From assembly GCA_040222015.1 (NCBI GenBank), contig JAVJWO010000163.1:1-10902 (forward strand): a stretch of DNA of 10,902 bases. The letters run 5' to 3'. This document shows positions 7,712-10,902 of this stretch, in pieces. The position numbers and the translations under genes were made by a program. Source of the DNA: Coleofasciculus chthonoplastes F2-STO-03. GTDB lineage: Bacteria > Cyanobacteriota > Cyanobacteriia > Cyanobacteriales > Coleofasciculaceae. The notes below the pieces were generated by a model. It made no database searches. It saw only the letters and a list, made by a program, of their open reading frames with translations, and had not been told where the DNA came from. Numbering within the stretch: the first letter of the stretch is position 1; every line of letters begins with the position of its first letter.

Positions 7712-7717
7712 AGGACA

Positions 7718-7820
7718 TAAGCTGTCATGGGTTTCAATTGGGTATTAGTAACGAGCAAGATGCTCGCACTACAGGGCTTTTGATATTATAGACATTAAAC
7801 TTTAAATGCCGAACAGCTTA
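7718..7820. mobile_element. MITE A (103 bp, TA-flanked) carrying a REP-like hairpin
   Basis: Terminal inverted repeats TAAGCTGT (7718-7725) and ACAGCTTA (7813-7820), with weaker similarity extending inward. No coding capacity. Confidence 0.65.
7748..7772 (-). repeat. GTAG-type REP-like palindrome inside MITE A
   Basis: Minus strand reads GTAGTGCGAGCATCTTGCTCGTTAC, with a CGAGCA/TGCTCG stem after a GTAG tag. Confidence 0.7.
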
Positions 7821-7844
7821 TCTGGATTGCACATTATGTTACTC

Positions 7845-8250
7845 AATCCGAGTATGAATGCGATCGCACTCTTCCAACAACCCGCCACCTCAACCCAACA
7901 CCCAATCTTGTCATTCTGAACGCAGCGAAGCGAAGTGAAGAATCTCTCTAATGTTGAGACTCATAAATCCGAGTATGAATGCGATCGCACTCTTCCAGCA
8001 ACCCACCCCCTCAACCCAACACCCGCTTGTGTCATTCTGAGTCCTGAGCGAAGCGAAGGAACTGAAGCGAAGTGAAGAATCTCCCCCAATGCTGAGGCTA
8101 ATCCTATCACTGAATTCGATGATGAATGCGATCGCACTCCTCAAACAACTCACCCCCTCAACCCAACACTCCATCCCATCCTGTCATTGGAGAACACAGC
8201 GAAGCGGAGTGAAGAATCTCTCTAATGTTGAGGCTAATCCTATCACTAAG
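7845..8250 (+). repeat. Three imperfect tandem copies of a 121-147 bp unit
   Basis: Units start at 7845, 7966 and 8113. Each has ATGAAT-GCGATCGC-ACTC (HIP1 at 7860, 7981, 8128), CCTCAACCCAACAC, and a TGTCATT...GCGAAGCG..GTGAAGAATCTC hairpin-type motif. Confidence 0.9.
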
Positions 8251-8251
8251 A

Positions 8252-8382
8252 TAAGTAGGTGGACACAATTAAAGTTAGCGGTGGAGATTAGGGAACTCTT
8301 AACAGGAAACAGGGAACAGTAAGGGTTTGAGACTTGCTTACATAACTTAATCTAGTTAAGTTTATTTCCACCAACCTACTTA
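8252..8382 (+). mobile_element. MITE B copy 1 (131 bp, TA-flanked, IS630/Tc1-mariner-like ends)
   Basis: TIRs TAAGTAGGT...ACCTACTTA (9 bp perfect, imperfect to ~22 bp). It is homologous to 9581-9696 in the opposite orientation. Confidence 0.8.
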
Positions 8383-8386
8383 ATTA

Positions 8387-8490
8387 ACAAATGACAAATG
8401 ACGAATGACCAATGACAAAGGACAAATGACCAATGACCAATGACAAATGACCAATGGCAAATGACCAATGGCAAATGACCAATGACTAAT
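8387..8490. repeat. STRR2-type heptamer array (~15 units)
   Basis: Tandem AC(A/C)AATG units, the complement of cyanobacterial STRR2 TT(G/T)GTCA. It begins at the stop codon of the minus-strand ATPase remnant. Confidence 0.92.
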
Positions 8491-9051
8491 CTTGCATCTC
8501 CTTCGCTTCTGCTAAAAGCGGATTGATATCAAATTTTGGTGCGGGTGGTAATTTCACCAATACCAAAATAGAGGGAAAACTTATCCTTATCTGAGGTCAT
8601 CCCCACATCTCCCACCGAATCCCCCAGTAGCTTTAGTCCGGGAATCTTCAACTTGATCCCCGTCACCTCCGAGTTCAACACCTCCAATGCACCAGCCAGA
8701 AACTCTTTCAGCTTCCGGGGTTCAACCAGGGCAATATCGGTTAAACTTTGACTAACCTGACGTGCGATCGCCAGTAGCACTTCGCCAATGTCTACATCCG
8801 CCATTTCCAAGTCTTCAGAGGAGTGACATACTCCAGACAGCGATACAAGTATACGCTGCTGGCTTCTCCCACCTACTACATCTATAACGATCTCTATTTC
8901 TAGAGCGTAGGATTCGAGCTTTTTATAGTGAGTAAGATGCCCAGACCCACTTTTTAATACTTTTCTCAATCTGATCCTCTGGATCTTCAGCAAACAGAGG
9001 CTTCCCCGGATCAGTCGCCCGATAAAAATGGCGTAAGAATTCGATGGTCAT
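8486..9051 (-). pseudogene. Fragmented cyanobacterial P-loop (AAA-like) ATPase gene
   Basis: Three collinear pieces: N-terminus 9051-8971 (MTIEFLRHFYRATDPGKPLFAEDPEDQ), middle ~8822-8535 (SSEDLEMADVDIGEVLLAIARQVSQSL...FGIGEITTRTK) and C-terminus 8533-8486 (FDINPLLAEAKEMQD*, frameshifted from the middle piece). Walker A is missing. Confidence 0.7.
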
Positions 9052-9284
9052 CGTTTTTAGCCCAAGTCAGGTCAGCAAGGGTTGTCAATGATAGTATAAG
9101 AGGTTGGGCGCGATCGCTTTGACCCTTGCCCGCAAAGCTGTAAAATCAGCCACGACACGCCGTTCTTGTTACAATTCTTTACTTCAAAAACCAGAGCGTA
9201 TCGCCCATTTTTACAGACAAAATCTAAAATTTTGATTAAAATCTTGGTGTGGCTAAAGAATATTTTTAGAATTTGGTAAATTTT

Positions 9285-9503
9285 ATGATACTTGCAGAAA
9301 AAATAAAACGACAAAATCTCAGCCGCAGCTCATCCAATTTAGCCCTAGTCTTTGCTCAAACCATGCAAACCGGGCAAATTAGCTTTTCGACGTGGTATGA
9401 GTTAATGACAGAACCATTAGATGAGACTTTAAGTTCTGAAGCGGAAGATGCGATTACCCGTTTAATTTATGGAGTACGTCACGGCTTAATTAGAGTTATT
9501 TAG
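9285..9503 (+). CDS. Small conserved cyanobacterial hypothetical protein (72 aa)
   Basis: ATG at 9285 is preferred to the TTG at 9273. The pattern L..VFAQ....GQI.....Y.LM...L...LS.E.EDAI.RL.Y.VR.G.I.V resembles a widespread small cyanobacterial protein family. Confidence 0.65.
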   Translation: MILAEKIKRQNLSRSSSNLALVFAQTMQTGQISFSTWYELMTEPLDETLSSEAEDAITRLIYGVRHGLIRVI

Positions 9504-9580
9504 GACTTTTTGAATAAGTCTTATGGTGGGAAGAAGAGGCAGGAGGCAACAGTATTTAGGACTGTAAATGTGAATACAAT

Positions 9581-9696
9581 TAAGTCAGTTGGTGAGAATA
9601 ACCTGAACTATGTTAAGTTCTATGAATATACCTCAAACCCTTACAAAGGAGGAATGACGCTCTCCACTGTTAACTTTAATTGTCCCTACCTACTTA
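9581..9696 (-). mobile_element. MITE B copy 2 (116 bp) inserted at the exonuclease stop codon
   Basis: Minus strand begins TAAGTAGGTAGGGACAATTAAAGTTAACAGTGGAGA versus copy 1 TAAGTAGGTGGACACAATTAAAGTTAGCGGTGGAGA. The copies also share GTAAGGGTTTGAG...AACTTAA..TAGTT and an end reading CACCAAC...CTTA. Confidence 0.8.
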
Positions 9697-10605
9697 AAAA
9701 GGCAAATCTTCATCCTCTGGCTCAGTAATCGAGAGTCGCCAAGTCGTTTTATTCTCTTCTTCTACGGGCAATTCTTCCATGACTTCCCCTAACTTCTGTT
9801 GTAGGGATTTCGTCAATTGTACTGATATATCTAACTCAATCCCTAGTTTTTTTGTCACTTCTGCTAATTGATGAAAAGCAACTTTTTTGCTGGTGCGATT
9901 TTGACTGGATAAGCGAAATCCATTGACTTTTTTGACATTTTGCGCTTGCATCGCCGCTTTTAGCCGTTCCTTAATTTGCTGAATTTCCGTATCCAGTTGT
10001 TTCCAGCGATGCTCGATTTGCCGATATCGTAGGGTTAGGGCTTCAATATCCTCCGTGGCGGGGTCAGGTTGAGCTAAGTCCAATAAATGACGGTGAATGT
10101 GAGCCACATAGACGACATCCTTAGCCGCGTAATCCAGTTGGCGGGGGGAGAGAGGGCGTTTCCTCCAGTCGCCCGTTTGTTCCGTTTTATCAACCTGGAG
10201 ACATATCCCAAAATATTCAGTTAAGGTTTTCAGTTGATAATTAGGAACAGGGAGGCGATAGTAGGGAATCGTTTTCGCCAGTTCTAGGGTGCAGGTGACA
10301 TTTTTTGCCTTACGTTTACCCAAAAATTTCCGGTCATAACTAGCGTTGTGAAAGACTTTCTCAATCGCCGGATTGTACATAATTTTAGCAATAAGCTCAT
10401 CGGCTAGTTCTGGCTGATATAGCACATCAAGAATCCAGACAGACTCAGCCGTGAGGTTATTCCCATCCGCCAAGACTTGAATTAACGACAATTGCGGCGT
10501 ATCGGTTTTATAGTCAGCGACTTCCGTATCTAACCATAGGATAGAGGCTTGAGTGCAGCTTGCGATCGCGCAGCGAATGTCTTCGGCTTGGGTAAGGTAT
10601 GGCAT
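9694..10605 (-). CDS. RNase D-like DEDDy 3'-5' exonuclease with C-terminal coiled coil and acidic tail
   Basis: Exo I WLDTEV, Exo II FHNASYD, EQTGDWRKRPLSPRQL and Exo III YAAKD. The C-terminal ~120 aa include a predicted coiled coil and end in EPEDEDLPF. Confidence 0.9.
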   Translation of the reverse strand: MPYLTQAEDIRCAIASCTQASILWLDTEVADYKTDTPQLSLIQVLADGNNLTAESVWILDVLYQPELADELIAKIMYNPAIEKVFHNASYDRKFLGKRKAKNVTCTLELAKTIPYYRLPVPNYQLKTLTEYFGICLQVDKTEQTGDWRKRPLSPRQLDYAAKDVVYVAHIHRHLLDLAQPDPATEDIEALTLRYRQIEHRWKQLDTEIQQIKERLKAAMQAQNVKKVNGFRLSSQNRTSKKVAFHQLAEVTKKLGIELDISVQLTKSLQQKLGEVMEELPVEEENKTTWRLSITEPEDEDLPF

Positions 10606-10725
10606 TATATCAAGTCCGGTAGCATCGGTTGTGTGTGGGAAAGGGGTAAAAGAGTAAAAGGGTAAGGTTTTTCTCCCAGTAACTACAGGTTATGATAGAC
10701 GAACGACACAACCGGACATGATATA
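10606..10725. mobile_element. MITE C (120 bp, TA-flanked)
   Basis: TIRs TATATCAAGTCCGGT (10606-10620) and ACCGGACATGATATA (10711-10725), 14/15 complementary. Short internal AAAG(A/G)GTA-type repeats. Confidence 0.8.
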
Positions 10726-10754
10726 AGCCCCTCTCCCCCGGTGGGAGAGGGGCT
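10726..10754. repeat. GC-rich hairpin repeat (CCCCTCTCCC...GGGAGAGGGG type)
   Basis: Perfect 12-bp stem AGCCCCTCTCCC-CCGGT-GGGAGAGGGGCT followed by GGGGGAGAG; no U-tract. Confidence 0.7.
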
Positions 10755-10902
10755 GGGGGAGAGCTGACAGGTGTAGGTTTTTTACTTTAGGGTGGGGACA
10801 AGACAAGGAGGACAAGGAAGGAAAGTAGACCAGGAAGAGAAGAATTGTATAGTTCAAGACGTATTTAGGGAAAAAGATTGTCGTGGAAATAAACCATTCA
10901 AG

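Larger units (their letters stand above)
1012..10569. repeat. HIP1 octamer GCGATCGC, 12 dispersed copies
   Basis: Found by eye at 1012, 1072, 1344, 3427, 4149, 7628, 7860, 7981, 8128, 8764, 9110 and 10562. Well under one copy is expected by chance in 10.9 kb. Confidence 0.9.

Noticed and set aside
7845..8250. CRISPR array
   Set aside because: The units are similar along their whole length with no unique spacers, the period (121-147 bp) is too long, and no cas genes are nearby.
7911..8322. ORFs 7911-8174 (-) and 8089-8322 (+)
   Set aside because: They are translations of the tandem repeat and MITE B1.
9515..9536. Alternative far end for MITE B2 (TAAGTCTTATGGTGGGAAGAA)
   Set aside because: The end at 9581 matches copy 1 much better and gives collinear internal homology.
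9072..9728. ORFs 9072-9314 (-) and 9510-9728 (+)
   Set aside because: The first is AT-rich intergenic sequence; the second reads through MITE B2 and overlaps the exonuclease end.
10726..10754. Rho-independent terminator
   Set aside because: No U-tract on either side and no gene ends here, so it is treated as a dispersed hairpin repeat.

Overview
Cyanobacterial chromosomal DNA: 12 HIP1 octamers (GCGATCGC), STRR2 heptamers and cyanobacterial gene families. A filamentous lineage is likely but inferred. The left two-thirds is mostly intact genes. It starts with the 5' end of a tnpB-like gene (minus strand, missed by the ORF track), then on the plus strand a HetZ-related regulator, an ATPase-less PilB/GspE-like protein, a thioredoxin-like [2Fe-2S] ferredoxin, an SLH protein, an orphan 3' fragment of a tryptophan 2,3-dioxygenase-like gene, and hypA-hypB. 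From about 7.1 to 9.1 kb is a decay zone: a DUF429 gene fused at a HIP1 site to the tail of a PIN-domain gene, TA-flanked MITEs, REP-like hairpins, a 3-copy 121-147 bp repeat, an STRR2 array and a P-loop ATPase gene broken into three pieces. The right end holds a small conserved protein and a DEDDy 3'-5' exonuclease with an SSB-like acidic tail, with MITEs abutting its start codon and inside its stop codon. I see no CRISPR array, rRNA or tRNA, and no clearly complete novel multi-gene system. Family assignments come from motif recognition, not database searches.
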